A stretch of 63,523 nt of DNA, the filler included, from Rhabdomonas costata (taxonomy: Eukaryota), in NCBI GenBank assembly GCA_019059605.1. It is 54 parts of 54 records of this genome, joined end to end, with 100 filler letters (N's around TTAATTAATTAA, not from the genome) between each part and the next. Parts side by side here need not be neighbours in the genome. Positions count along the whole stretch, not along the records: positions 1 to 1,078 come from JAHMHO010029764.1; positions 1,179 to 2,257 come from JAHMHO010029765.1; positions 2,358 to 3,435 come from JAHMHO010029766.1; positions 3,536 to 4,613 come from JAHMHO010029767.1; positions 4,714 to 5,791 come from JAHMHO010029768.1; positions 5,892 to 6,970 come from JAHMHO010029769.1; positions 7,071 to 8,148 come from JAHMHO010029770.1; positions 8,249 to 9,326 come from JAHMHO010029771.1; 46 more parts are not named here. One strand, written 5' to 3'. Positions 1-12,960 of the stretch are shown here, in pieces (the stretch's first letter is position 1; every line of letters starts with the position of its first letter). The position numbers were made by a program, and so were the translations under genes. Under the pieces are notes generated by a model. That model worked only from the letters and a program-made list of their open reading frames with translations, was not told where the DNA came from and searched no databases.

Positions 1-58
1 TTTGTTTGTTTATTTATGTGTAAATTAGCTAATTATACACAAGATATTCATATTTTTT

Positions 59-462
59 TTATGAGAACCAAATAATAAAAAAATATGAATATCTTGTGTA
101 TAATTAGCTAATTTACACATAAATAAACAAACATGTACAAATAAAGAAACATTAATTGTTTGTGATTTGGAAGTTAAAAAGTGTAAATGTATATTTTCAT
201 AATCAAATGTAAAATAAATGAAATGACATGAACTTATATATTTTTCGATACATGGAGAAATAAAATTTGAAATTAATAATTTTTTAATTTTTAATTTATT
301 TTTTACGAATTCATATAATTGTATATTTTTAAAATTATTATTTTCTAAAAAAAGAAGTAATTTTTCTAAATTTTCAACTGTACTATTTTCATATTTATAT
401 TTATGTAATGTATTATTTATTATATTACATAATTCATCATCATTATATATTTTATAATACAT
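59..462 (-). CDS. AT-rich hypothetical protein, 3'-truncated; resembles the N-terminal half of an NCLDV HEXXH-metallopeptidase-like family
   Basis: Intronless ORF, N/K/I-rich with A/T-ending codons; NFISPCIEKYI...IHIFLLFGSHKK recalled as similar to giant-virus proteins. The apparent C-terminus (25-58) is a fold-back artefact because 3-58 is the reverse complement of 77-133. Confidence 0.5.
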
Positions 463-671
463 AGTTTTACAATTGTAATATTTTTGATATGTATCTGAAA
501 TATATTTTAAAATATGCGATAAGCATATTTTTTTATTATGTGCTAAGCATATTTTTTTTTATTTTTGGCGATGTATCTAAAATATTAAAATATAATTGTG
601 AAATTTTAGATAATTTTTGTGTATCCATATATATAATCATTTAAAAAAACAAATAAATTATATTATTATTA

Positions 672-1078
672 ATGAACAAAAACAAATTACTTGATCATAT
701 CTCGAAAAAACCAAATTTAACACAATTGAATCAAAATTATAACAAAGAATTAGAAACATTATGGGAACAAAGAACTAATGTACCATATAAAAATATAATA
801 AAAAATGAAGATTATAAAAAGACAATTACTTCACCAAATGATTTAATTGTTCATAAAGTAACAGAACAAGATAAAAAAGATACAGATACATGTTTTGATA
901 AATTAAAATCAATAATTACAAATCAAAATAAGGAAATAAATGTAATATATTCAGATTCACGAATAAATGAACATAAAAAACAATTTGAATATAATCACAA
1001 ATTTAAATTTAAATTAAGTACAAAAGACAATTCAATTGATTTAAAAGAACAAGGAGATGAATATTATAAAAAACCACA
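672..1078 (+). CDS. Conserved hypothetical protein of Mimiviridae/Klosneuvirinae type, 3'-truncated at the contig end
   Basis: Open frame to the contig end in <20% GC DNA; motif W-x2-RTNxPYKNII-x-NEDY...DLIVHKVT-x2-DK...HKKxFEYNH recalled from Imitervirales hypothetical proteins. Confidence 0.65.
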
Positions 1079-1178
1079 NNNNNNNNNNNNNNNNNNNNNN
1101 NNNNNNNNNNNNNNNNNNNNNNTTAATTAATTAANNNNNNNNNNNNNNNNNNNNNNNNNNNNNNNNNNNNNNNNNNNN
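1079..1178. other. Artificial contig linker (44 N + TTAATTAATTAA + 44 N); first of 53, recurring about every 1178 bp up to 62346-62445
   Basis: Identical 100-bp spacer with stop codons in all six frames; composition and gene content change abruptly across each one. Confidence 0.99.
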
Positions 1179-2460
1179 GGGTGTGGTTGTTTAAATGGTG
1201 TGACCTGAAGTTGGGGTACGGGAAGGCTTGTAGTTGTCATGCCCGTTTTTTCTCTACCTTGGGGCCTTGTGTATCTTTCTTATTTCCTGTTTCTTGTATT
1301 TTTAGTGATCTAGACTATGCCGCCGAAGAGACACAGAAAAAATCGCCTTATTACAACCCCTGGCGGACCCAAGCGGCAAGATACTCTGCATTATTCACAT
1401 CCTGTCAGTTTTAAAAGTCAAACGTGACTTACGAAGAAAGTCGTCGAAAGGTGCTGACCTTTGTTTTTCCTCCGGATGCGGCCAGAACATTGCGTTCCGT
1501 TACCCTTACATCGCGCATCTCCCCGCCGTCTATTTGTGGGGAGGTCACCAGTCATTCCAACCATTCCATTCCAACTGGAGTGCACTTGCACTTGATCTCA
1601 TGGACTTATGCGTCGTCTGCAATTTTTCTTCGGAAGGTTCCCTTTAAAACAGATAGTATAGCGCGTTTCATGTTAAAAGTGAGAATTCACGTCGTTCAGC
1701 AAAGCAACAAAGGTACTGCGAACAAAGCAAGAAATACCAGCCTTTTTTTTCTGTTTTTTTTTTTCATTTTCGCAACTTTTTTTTTGCTGTCAAGTCTGAA
1801 ATGCTCTCATTTATTGGACAATTTCTACTGATAAAGTGAAGTGGACAGTACTTTATTGGGATTGTACGGGACTCCCGGAATGTGTGGCATGATTATATGC
1901 ATGTTTGCATGCTAAAGGGGTTGAAAAGGCAAGACTGCGACTTTGCCAGGAAAAAAGCTGCTTGGGAATTGGACCTTGAATATACCGTTTGCCGAACACA
2001 CCACACCACAGAGAACGCTCACTCCCACTGCACCACCACACCAATGAGCTCGCGCCCTGCTGTTCCATCGGATATCCCCAGCCCCCCAGCATCCTGTCTG
2101 GTTCGATGTGGGGGCAGCGCACCTTTTTTTTTTGCCAATGCGGCGGCAGCGGAGTACATTCAGAGAACATCACTGTCGGAGCCGCACTTACGCTGCGTTT
2201 TCTTCACGGTTCTTCACGTGCGCACACATACATTGCACATGATATCAACAACACCACNNNNNNNNNNNNNNNNNNNNNNNNNNNNNNNNNNNNNNNNNNN
2301 NTTAATTAATTAANNNNNNNNNNNNNNNNNNNNNNNNNNNNNNNNNNNNNNNNNNNNTGTGTCATCCCCCTGGTCAATTCCGCGAAATTTGACAATACTT
2401 CCGCACAATTCAGTGTGGGTGTGGGTGGGTGTGCCATTTCTTTTTTGCTCTGCGTCGCAG

Positions 2461-3087
2461 GAAGGACAAGCCTGAGGACCAGCGGGTGTTCCACGCCTAC
2501 CCTCGCTTCTGGATCACCACAATGGACTCTCTGTCCGCGCAGTTTGATTTCGCTGAGCCGCTGAACGAGTACATACGAGGTCGGAAACTCAGAAAGGGGA
2601 GGGAGGGCGAACACGGTTGGGGAAGGCGGTGTTCATGCCTTTCCCCAAATAACACAAGTCCTTTTGGATCCCAGAGAAGAACTTCAGCAGGAACTTTCCC
2701 ACTCAGTGCAGGAATTCCTTTTTCACAATTAGTAACTTTGAAGTTGCGAAAAAGTGCAATTCCGGATTTTTGTGAAAAAATTATGAGAAAAAACTCTAAA
2801 AGTTATATAAAAACTTGGAGTGGGGTGGGGGCGGTCGGATGCTTAACAAAGAAGAGTTCTCTGGTGGTTTTCGATATCTAATGGAGTCATTTTGGCAGTT
2901 TTTTTAAAGACTAAAATACTGAAGCAATTCACACCCAAAAATAAGAGCAGTGCGTAAGGAATTCGGATTTGACGCTTTTTCTTCGGGCGCTGGCTATCAG
3001 GTCTGAGGTTAGGGTGTACCCTGCTTTGATTTTTTCAATTTTGGTTTTTTCAGTGCTGGGTGCGCAGGAGTACCCGGACAACAACCC
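2461..3087 (+). CDS. Two exons of an unidentified protein (2461-2579, 3054-~3087)
   Basis: cag| acceptors and |gt donor; phase-compatible join gives KDKPEDQRVFHAYPRFWITTMDSLSAQFDFAEPLNEYIRVLGAQEYPDNNP; GC3-rich codons. Confidence 0.6.
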
Positions 3088-3551
3088 GTTGCAACCTTCT
3101 TTTCCTGTGGTTGTTGCTCTTTCGTCTCACCCGAAACAAAGAGCACAAGGGGACGTCTTCAGTAGAAACAAAGTCTGCACATGACATTGTAGCAAAGCAT
3201 CACGTGCGGCCGGTTTCTGTCCCCGGTGCACAAGAATGGTACAAAACACAGGTCACGCCTACCCCGCCCAACGGACTTTCATGCTACTGAATGTTTTCTT
3301 TTCAAAGGGGGAAATTGTTTTGTAAAAAAAAAACTCTGTAAGAAAAGGAATTCCTGCTCAGTGTAGCTTCATTGGCATTTACCCCCCACCCGCCACAAAA
3401 ACCCATAATGTTCCTCCGTGAAGATAACCACAACCNNNNNNNNNNNNNNNNNNNNNNNNNNNNNNNNNNNNNNNNNNNNTTAATTAATTAANNNNNNNNN
3501 NNNNNNNNNNNNNNNNNNNNNNNNNNNNNNNNNNNGTGGTGTGTGGCTGCA

Positions 3552-3838
3552 GCCTCCCTGGTGTTGGCATGGACGCGCCCCCGCCTCTCGCGCAAGTGCT
3601 GCCGAGTGTCGCGGCGAATTCCGCGGCGCCATTCTGGAGGGCCTCTTTGAAAGAGGTGGTGCATGCCCTGGGGGGATGTGGGGACGACCTTCCCGTGGCT
3701 GCCCTGCCCGCAGCCGTGCTGGGGTTCCTGGTGCTGGGGTCTCTTCAGGATGCGGTGCAGTCACAAACCGTGAGGATTGCCGTGGAGCAGGACCGCACCA
3801 CCGGGGGATATGCGGTGGTGGTTCGGTCGTGGCTGTGA
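3552..3838 (+). CDS. Probable terminal exon of a hypothetical protein
   Basis: GC3-rich open frame after tgcag, ending ...TTGGYAVVVRSWL-TGA. Confidence 0.45.
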
Positions 3839-6800
3839 CCGCGGTGCTCATGTGCGCCCAAAGGGCAGTGAGGCAGTATAATGACCTTGTCGGGTTGGGT
3901 TCACCCTTTTGGTTGACGCCTTGCAAAGGGGCACGAGCTGGCACATTGTGCGGTTGCCTCCACGTTGTTCTCCACGAGTGCTTTAATGAGGAGGGCGGCA
4001 AACCGTGAGAAGCCACGACCGGTTGAGAACGCATTTACCGGATTCTAGCAGACTCTCTCTTGCTGCTGTTTTGGGAGCAACTGAACAAACTGACAATACA
4101 ATATTAAGTTAAAACAAACAACGGGAAAGCGAATCAGAACTGGTTGAGCTGTTTCAAGACAACGGAGTTGAGGTAAATGAAGGTACCAGCCCCTTCCGTT
4201 CTCACATTTAACATAGCCATCATTGTAATGCGGCTGTTTCCGGGCTCCAAACACCCAATGAATTACCATCCGACTCGCTCGTCCACAGACACCACAGGGC
4301 ATCCCTGAAACCGTGTGGGGTTTTGCTTCTGTCTGTTGCACCAGAGGTTACTGACAATCTGTGTAAACCCGTACGGAGTGGAGGCAAACTATGAAAGCAC
4401 CATCGCTCGTAGTTAGTTCATTTTCCAATTGTGTATGGAAGGAATTCCTGACCTAGGCAGTGACCTTGGTTTTGGGGATTATATGAGTTCCGAGTTCAGG
4501 AGTTCCCCGTTTCCGCTTTTGTACTTCCACTGACTCCGGTGACAAGGAATGGGATAGTACAAAAGCGGAAACGGGGAACTCCTGAACTCGGAACTCATAT
4601 AATCCCCAACACCNNNNNNNNNNNNNNNNNNNNNNNNNNNNNNNNNNNNNNNNNNNNTTAATTAATTAANNNNNNNNNNNNNNNNNNNNNNNNNNNNNNN
4701 NNNNNNNNNNNNNGGGGTTGAAAATGACAATGATGAGAAGCAACGGTCTAAGAGTAGTGAGTGGGATTGTGTTTTTGCATTTGGAGGGTGGTTGTGGCCT
4801 TCACCCACCACTGCAGACCACAACCACCCTCCAAATGCAAAAACACAATCCCACTCACTACTCTTAGACCGTTGCTTCTCATCATTGTCATTTTCAGCCC
4901 CACGACGAGCTCTTTCCATCCTGAACTTTCCATCCTGTCTGTTCCTCTGATCTGATCTGATCAAACACACATCACAACAAGCTATGCACGCAAGCACACC
5001 CACGCAGGAGGTGCACTTGGGTCTTGAGGGAGTGTATTCAAGCTGCCCCTCGCGCTTCCCTTCTTGGCCACTGCTGTTTCTTGAGAGGAGTAATCATTTC
5101 TTCCTTTTTCAGTGTCTTCATTGCAGTAGTATCGTTTGTACAAATCGTGCACAAACCGCTTCGATCATGTCAAACAATCTTAGAAGAGGGTTATGGGAAT
5201 ATTTATATTTATTTGACGAACCCAACAGATTAGAATAAAACTGCTGCTACGAACCTGACAAAACTCTAATTGCAATGGACGATAGTTCTGAAACTCAGTG
5301 CTCGCCTTCCCCCCTTCATCAATGGTGGGGCCAAAAAGGCTCCCGATGGGACTGCCATCAGGATTACAGATATAACGTTCACATTATGGGGGCAACGATG
5401 CCGAAGTTTAAGAGCAAACTCAGTGAAAAACGAGGAGGAACGATGACCTACGGGTCATGTCAGTGAAAGTGGGGTATTTTCGAACCTCTTCAGAACAGCC
5501 AATCACAACAACGGAGAATTGGGAGCAGGCGAGGTTGTGCACGCGAGAGCACGTTTTAGTGTCATTTTTTCCACAGTGATGGTCCCTTTATAAATCGAGT
5601 TGTACCATTCTATAATCGTCTCATTTCCAAAGAGCATTGAAATATCGTATTACCCCGACTCGAGCGACATAACGACACAACGCCGCAGCAGCCAAAACCT
5701 TCAGGCGGGAACCACAGCCTCGGAGCCCGCAGCAGGGGCCGGTGCGGACCCCAAACACAACACCACTACCGCCGCCACTTGCACCAAAAACNNNNNNNNN
5801 NNNNNNNNNNNNNNNNNNNNNNNNNNNNNNNNNNNTTAATTAATTAANNNNNNNNNNNNNNNNNNNNNNNNNNNNNNNNNNNNNNNNNNNNACAATATCG
5901 CGCTGTTCCACTCCACAGTATATCTTGTTTCACTCCATTTATTGCCCGTTTCCTTAATGGAAAGTCTTGGCTCCATATTGACCCTTTCGTTAGCTCTCTC
6001 TCTCTATCTCTCCAATTTATGACCTCTTTATCACCTCTGAACATACGCGACGTTGGTCTCCTCGTCCACTTTTGACTGTACTTCACAAGCTGAAACAAAA
6101 GGACAACAGTAATCAACAATGAACTACCAAAACAGTCCACTGTATCCAATCACGTATATCCAATGCTCTACTTCGTAATGAAACTCCATATATCAAGTCT
6201 TTCTCAATGCTCATATACCTTCCACTTCTTTTCCTACGACTTAATAAAACAGTGTAGCCCACTTGTGTCTGTGTCTCACCTTCCCAGATTTATATAGATT
6301 TATATAGCCTTCTTTGCCACTCCACACTTCTAACCGTGATATCCTTTAGACACGGGTATCACGCGCTGCGGTCTGTCGCCGCCGCTTGGGTTATATCTTT
6401 GATTTCTGGATTGGGTGTGTGTGGAGTCTGGCTCTTTGGATCCGCGCTGGCTTCCTCTAGCTGGCGGTGGGGGCTCTTTAGCCGAAGTAGGGCCGATGCC
6501 CATGGCAAAACGGGTGGTTTATCTGGACTTCTTTTGCTGTGACTTCGAGGGTTCCGCTGGGATGTGGGGTCCTGGAGGTCTTTCATCTACCAAGCCGTCC
6601 GCTTACGCCTTTACCACCCAAAAACAATGCAAGCAAGAAGGAACGGCACCAAAGCACAGCACAGGGGAAAGTGAAAAGATTCAGCTCTGAACCTTTTTAG
6701 ACATGACTCGCCTCTACACCGCTTTAGTTTGGCTCCACTGAGCTTTTTATATGCGACCTGTAAAATAGGTAAACAGCTTTCAATTCACAACCCAAAGACA

Positions 6801-7562
6801 CCACAAAAACCAAAATATACCCAAGTAAAACTCAACCAAAACCTTCGACGTCAAAATTCGGTTTCTAGACCTTTATGTGTATCTCTTTCCTAGTCATTTG
6901 AAATCGGAGTTTAAGAACACCGACTTGTTTCTTTTTTAATCCTCAATCCACTCGTCGTCAAATTCATCAANNNNNNNNNNNNNNNNNNNNNNNNNNNNNN
7001 NNNNNNNNNNNNNNTTAATTAATTAANNNNNNNNNNNNNNNNNNNNNNNNNNNNNNNNNNNNNNNNNNNNTTTTTTGGTGGTGGTGGGGCGTTCTTTTTG
7101 CTCTCGGTGCATTGACATTCGGAGGGGAATCACTTTTCTGCTTTCTTCCATTTCTTGTTGCTTCTAAATATTGTCCGTTCCACCTTTAACGTGTGCGGTG
7201 AAAAAGCGTTACCCGAATGCTTTAGGGTTTAGGAATGGCAAACAAGGTCTCACTTTGTAAACCATTTCAACATGGTTGTTGTGTGTTGTTGAATGTGCAT
7301 TGGAAGCTGCTTAGTTCAGGTAACTTTTCTGCGATGTACCCGTGTACGGGTGACCTTATCTGAAGTTTTTTTTGCTTCTCGCTTTTGAGAAAGGCGCCAT
7401 ATCCACATGGTTTGCAGAGCCTCATCATCCTCATCCCTCATACATTGGGGTATAAGGGAGGCCTGTGCGAGAATCGTGTGTTTGTGTGTGTGTGTGTGCT
7501 TGCGTGCATGCATGTGTGCCAGCAGTAGGGCGCTCATCCGTTCCTGCTCTTCTCCTTCACAG

Positions 7563-7820
7563 AATATCTGCCGCTCGCTGTTCGAGAAGCACAAGCTGAT
7601 GTTCAGCTTTGTGCTGTGCATCCGGATCTTGCAGGGTGACGACCTGATCGACTCCAAGGAGTGGCGCTACCTCCTGGCCGGAGGGGGCTCCCCAGAGTCC
7701 ATCACCATCCCCAACCCAGCACCGGACTGGATCACCGATCAGATGCTTGGCGAGCTGTGCTTCATGTCCAAGGACCTGCCCTCGCTGGCCGGCGTCGACA
7801 CCCACGTCCGCGACAATGTG
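7563..7820 (+). CDS. Axonemal dynein heavy chain, internal exon (inner-arm DNAH1/3/7-like region between AAA5 and AAA6)
   Basis: NICRSLFEKHKLMFSF...EWRYLLAGG...PNPAPDWI matches the axonemal dynein signature; 258-nt phase 0-0 exon bounded by cttcacag| and |gtacc. Confidence 0.93.
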
Positions 7821-8414
7821 GTACCGTGGCACGCACCCATACCCTTATCCCTTACCCTTATTCGATGCACCCCCCTATAGTCGGGCTACTTGTTGGTTTT
7901 CTCTCCTCAACGCGGCCTTTTCTCACGGGCGCCTCTCCCACGGGTGCTCAATGCGACTGTGATCTTCTGAGCCACAAGCCCCTCTATTCGGGTCGTACGA
8001 TCCAGCATGTCTGAGCTTTCCAGGAAATCTGTGAATTGTGAAGAGTGAAAGAAAAGCGTGAAAACTGGACGAAGAAATGAAAGCTGCCTCTATCTCTTTC
8101 CTCATCGCTCAACAATGCCCCTCCTCCTCCTCCCATGTCACAACCCCANNNNNNNNNNNNNNNNNNNNNNNNNNNNNNNNNNNNNNNNNNNNTTAATTAA
8201 TTAANNNNNNNNNNNNNNNNNNNNNNNNNNNNNNNNNNNNNNNNNNNNCCATTTAATATTTTCACGCTTTTTTTTTGGTATTCCCCCTCTCCCTCCCTCG
8301 TGCCTGAGCTTGAGTGCTGTGCGTTACGACCCAAGGGAAGGAACAAATGTACACGGGCCTCATCTAACGATCCGGACAATTTATGTGCAATTTTTTCTTC
8401 GTTCATATTCGCAG

Positions 8415-9220
8415 GTTCTGGGTCCTCTGGTGCCCCAGGCCCAGCTGCTGCAACAGATGAACGAGTACTACCACACCTCCATTATTGTCGGTGTTCATTT
8501 TAGCTTTGGGCCGACGTTGGAGCGCGCCCATGTGTGTGTATGTGGGTATGTAGGTAGGTGGGTGCACATGGATTTGCTCTTTTTTATAGTGTCTTGGCGG
8601 AGTTTGATTTGGTGGCCTGACCAAGAGAAGACAAATCCATTCTGGGATGGGGGTGCTCCTGCGTCGAGTTCACTGTACGTTATACCCGCTCTTCTTGCTC
8701 TAATTTGAGGCTCGAAAAGGGCACTACTGTTTTTATCTCAGCGCTGGCACAACAAAGGAAAAAATTCTAAATTGGAGGAAGGCGCGACTCCAATAACGAG
8801 TTCGGCATTTTGTAAAAGAAAAAAAAGACAGATGTGGGTTTTCCAGCCTCTGTCGGAATTTCGACACTTTGCCATGCAGTTTTGAAGGCCCCATTTTTGG
8901 CCTATACGTCATGAGGCCTCTGCGGCGCAGTCCTGTGCAAATTGACGGCATGGCAGTGTGAGTTCAGGCGGATGGCTCCCTCGCTCCCTCTCTATGTCAA
9001 GCCCATCTCACACCACCTCAGTCTGCGCACAACGCACCGCCGTTTAGCCCGCGGGTTTTGCGTTTCTTTCCATCAAACAACTCGTGTTGCCGGTGCGCGT
9101 CCAGATGAGGCCGTTCGGGATGACGGCCCCCGCGACGCCCTGTTCCTGCTGGACGTGGTGCAGAGCTCTCGATGGGAGTCCGGCCCTGTCAACGTGTACC
9201 AGCTCGTCCCAGATGCCATG
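8415..9220 (+). CDS. Three exons (8415-8490, 8931-8957, 9105-9220), possibly the RCK2 region of a Slo/BK-family K+ channel
   Basis: GT-AG phase-consistent join gives VLGPLVPQAQLLQQMNEYYHTSIIVVLCKLTAWQYEAVRDDGPRDALFLLDV; weak similarity to BK 'SLMSATYFNDNILTLIRTL'. Confidence 0.45.
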
Positions 9221-12200
9221 GTCAGCAGTCCAGACTTCCAAGGCATGCCGTGTGGCTGTTTTCCAGGTCCATCCATCATTTGGCTCTTCCACTTCGCGCT
9301 GTACTGCTTTTTATTGCCCCACACCCNNNNNNNNNNNNNNNNNNNNNNNNNNNNNNNNNNNNNNNNNNNNTTAATTAATTAANNNNNNNNNNNNNNNNNN
9401 NNNNNNNNNNNNNNNNNNNNNNNNNNGTTTTGGGTTTACCGATAGTTTTGTTCCAATCACTAAACTATCGGTAAACCCAATTCAAAATTCAAAATTGAAA
9501 GCAGAGTGAAAACCACAGGTTGCCTTTGGAAAAGCTCGAACACAACCCAACAACATTAAAAAAAGAGAAAAGTTGAGTGAGGTGCACATGACACGGGAGG
9601 TAGGGCAAACAGACTCTTCGCCGGGCGGTGTTTTTTCTACGGAAAAAATTGCCGCAAAGCTTGTGCATTATCAGGGAAAGAACTGAACAGGCACGGCGCC
9701 CTCTTAGCAAAGCGTGCACATTTCCCGGTGAAGCTAAAGGATTGAACAAACAAGGGCAATTCTTTTTGCTCTTTGACATAGGAAGAGAGAGAGACCGACC
9801 CCACCTTTGGAAAAATTACTCCTGTTAATTTGCTACTTTTTCGCGTTCTCTCAATTCGATTTGGGGCTTTCTTCATTTTTCGGTTCACAGCTTCCTGGGA
9901 CAAAAACCTTCGTTTTCCAGACGGCCGGACCCTGAATATTTTCGACAATTTTCCGCACGGTCTTTTGTCCATTTTTTGCGACTATGCAAAACTCTGAAAA
10001 TTCTCATGAACCAAACATGTGATGACCCCGTGCATTTCTTGCCTCGAAAAAGTCATTTGTTCGATTGTTTTCTGCCTTTTTCATTTAGTCAAGATTTAGT
10101 GCGCACTTTTGGAAGTTGTGCCTTTGGAAGACTGCGTGACCCTCGAGCTCTGAGGCCTGGGGTCTCTGTACATGCCGCAAGCCTCCCGAAACGAAGTGTG
10201 CACTCCGATTTTACACGAAAAAAACCGAAAGAACTGTAAAACATGCCACCAGCAAACCAAAACAGGAACAATAAATTGCAGAGGAACGGGACAGGATTTT
10301 CTTAAAAAGAACCCACATTTCCACACTTCAAAGACTTTTATCAAGTCCGTCAGAGACGTTAACTTTTTCTGTTATGAAATAAATTGAAAAATTGAAATAA
10401 ATGAATTAAATTCGAAAATTGTGCACATTAAAAGTCCAGCTTTTTTGAAAAAGGTGTCTGCGTGCAATTTTTTTCTGCGGTCCTTTCGTCACCCACACCA
10501 ACCCNNNNNNNNNNNNNNNNNNNNNNNNNNNNNNNNNNNNNNNNNNNNTTAATTAATTAANNNNNNNNNNNNNNNNNNNNNNNNNNNNNNNNNNNNNNNN
10601 NNNNGTGTGTGGTGATCCCGTTGGGTTATGGACCTAGGTTGGGATTCCGGTGCAAGTCTGCTTAAGGTTTGCGCTGATTGCACATGGTCAGCTCCGCGGG
10701 TAGTTATGGTGATTGATCACATCGATGCGGCCGGATGGGGGCGTGTCATTGCAGTTGTGGCTTTACCAGACTCTAAGCTTCAATGACAGATATGCCCAAG
10801 TAAAGGCAGCTTGGTGAGTAGGTATGGTTCTTCTTAACGGCGTGGTTCTGCAGTGTCATGACCTGGGCTGGTCATACCTGGGGAAAGTATTGTTGGTATG
10901 CTTTGAGTAGGATGATTACAGCTCAATTTGCACACCCATAACATTTCCTGAGCTACTCGGCGATCCCCTGGAAATGGCCCTTTCCAACAGAACAACAGTT
11001 TGGTTGGTTGGGTTCCACAACGACGGATGACCCCTGGCCCAGGCCTTCAGGAGAGAGCCAAGTGTCTTAGGTCCATGTTTGTATGGTGAACCGCCCCCCT
11101 CATTTGGAATGAATTGTCGTTCGCCTTTCCTTCGTCTCTACTGTGCCCTTGTCAAAGTCATAAACGAACACCCACTCAAAAAGGGGGTTCCTGCCATGCC
11201 AGCTGAAGATTGGCCCCGCGGTGTGCACTGGCGTGCTCACGTTTGAGAGCATGCGGTCCTTTGCCCAAAGACTTGGCTGGGTACCCCCCAGCCAGTAAGC
11301 AACCCCTCCCCTCGTCCCACTGCAGGCCCCCGTCCCAACCTCCCATGACCCTCTGCTGGCCCGTCAGCCAGCGTAGGGTACGCCTATCCCGTCCAAGTGC
11401 GCCGGTAGGGGCCTCAACCAACCACTGGGGCCTTCCCCTGCCCTCTCCAATTTTTCCAAATACCCACCTTGCCTTGTCCCATTCCTGCCGCCGTCCCCCC
11501 AATCCCACGATGGCTTCCTCCTTTCCTGGTGAAGTGTGCAGCCTATATACCCTAGTGCGCTTCTTCGCGCCTGAGCTCAACTCCTCACGGGCTCTTTTTG
11601 CGTCCGTTTTATTCTGCGCCAGCGATGTAACTGTCTCCTCTGTTTTCCCTATCCCCTCGCCAGCTTAGTAGTTTCGTGCTGTNNNNNNNNNNNNNNNNNN
11701 NNNNNNNNNNNNNNNNNNNNNNNNNNTTAATTAATTAANNNNNNNNNNNNNNNNNNNNNNNNNNNNNNNNNNNNNNNNNNNNGTGGTGTTGTTGCACACT
11801 GTTCTCTTTGAGTAGCATGTGGCCTCCGGGGAGAATGTGTTTTCTTCTTGGGTACCTCCTGTGCTAACATTTTAGGAGGATCTGGTTCGCTTCCATTGCA
11901 GATAATGCTCCGTTTGGATGAACCTGGGAGGATCTTGGTCCGTCTCGTGGATGGTTTGGGAAGGAACGTGACCGACTTCTGAAGAATATTGTCGATTGCG
12001 GTTGTGGTCTTCATCGTCCCGTGCAAAATTCAATGCCTTTCTTGTAATTTCAGGTGTGCTGGTTGTTTTTGATGATGTTAGGCCCGGTCCCCCCCCCCCC
12101 CCCACGCTCTTTTTTTTCTGGTTTGCGCACCGTAAATGACTTCTGTGAGTCCTGGTTTCCCTCTTGTCTGTTTTTGTTTTTAGGAATCTGTTTGATTTTC

Positions 12201-12960
12201 TTGTTTTTCCGTTTTTCGTCGATTCATAACACCTTTCGTTGCCCTGTGGAATTTGCGTGAGCAAAATGATTGACGCCAGGAAGCACTTTATTTTGATGAC
12301 CATTGCCGCGGCACTGTAATGGAACGCCCCTTCTCTGCCTCTGCCCCGCCGCCCCGTCGCTATGGACAGCCCGGCGACGGAAAGGTGCGGCTGTCGGAGT
12401 TGCAGACTGCCGCCGCCCGGCTATTTCAAAGAATTTCTGCTGTGACAGCAGGCGACAGCAGCACCGGCCGGGTGTTTCCCGTGGTGTGCGAGCTGTTTCA
12501 CTGGTGGGTTGCCAAAACTGTCCATCAGCACAAGGCGAGGAAATTGTCTTCTTTCATTGATTCACGATTTCTTACAAGTCTAACACGTGCGAATATTTTC
12601 CTTGCTTGATGATCATTTCGGAGTCTGGCGCTTTGAGGCTCCGGGCAGTTTGACCGGCATGGTGGTTTTCTTCTTCACTGTCCTGACGAGCTGTGGCCCA
12701 GGTTTCATTGTCCAGCTTTATTTTCTTCATCACTGCTGCAGGATGTAACCAGGGCAGCCTATCCTGCTCACCCGGACCACCGACATTCGCGGCAGCATGA
12801 GCGGCGGGTTGAGGGCCCGAGCTTGGCCGGCGGAAGATCGGGGGCACAGCCCACCCACAANNNNNNNNNNNNNNNNNNNNNNNNNNNNNNNNNNNNNNNN
12901 NNNNTTAATTAATTAANNNNNNNNNNNNNNNNNNNNNNNNNNNNNNNNNNNNNNNNNNNN

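Noticed and set aside
1848-1859. GTACTTTATTGG resembling the 3' end of a euglenozoan spliced leader
   Set aside because: Only 12 nt match, there is no upstream SL similarity and no GT donor follows.
7221-7233. TTTAGGG telomere-like repeat
   Set aside because: Fewer than two full units and internal to the contig.
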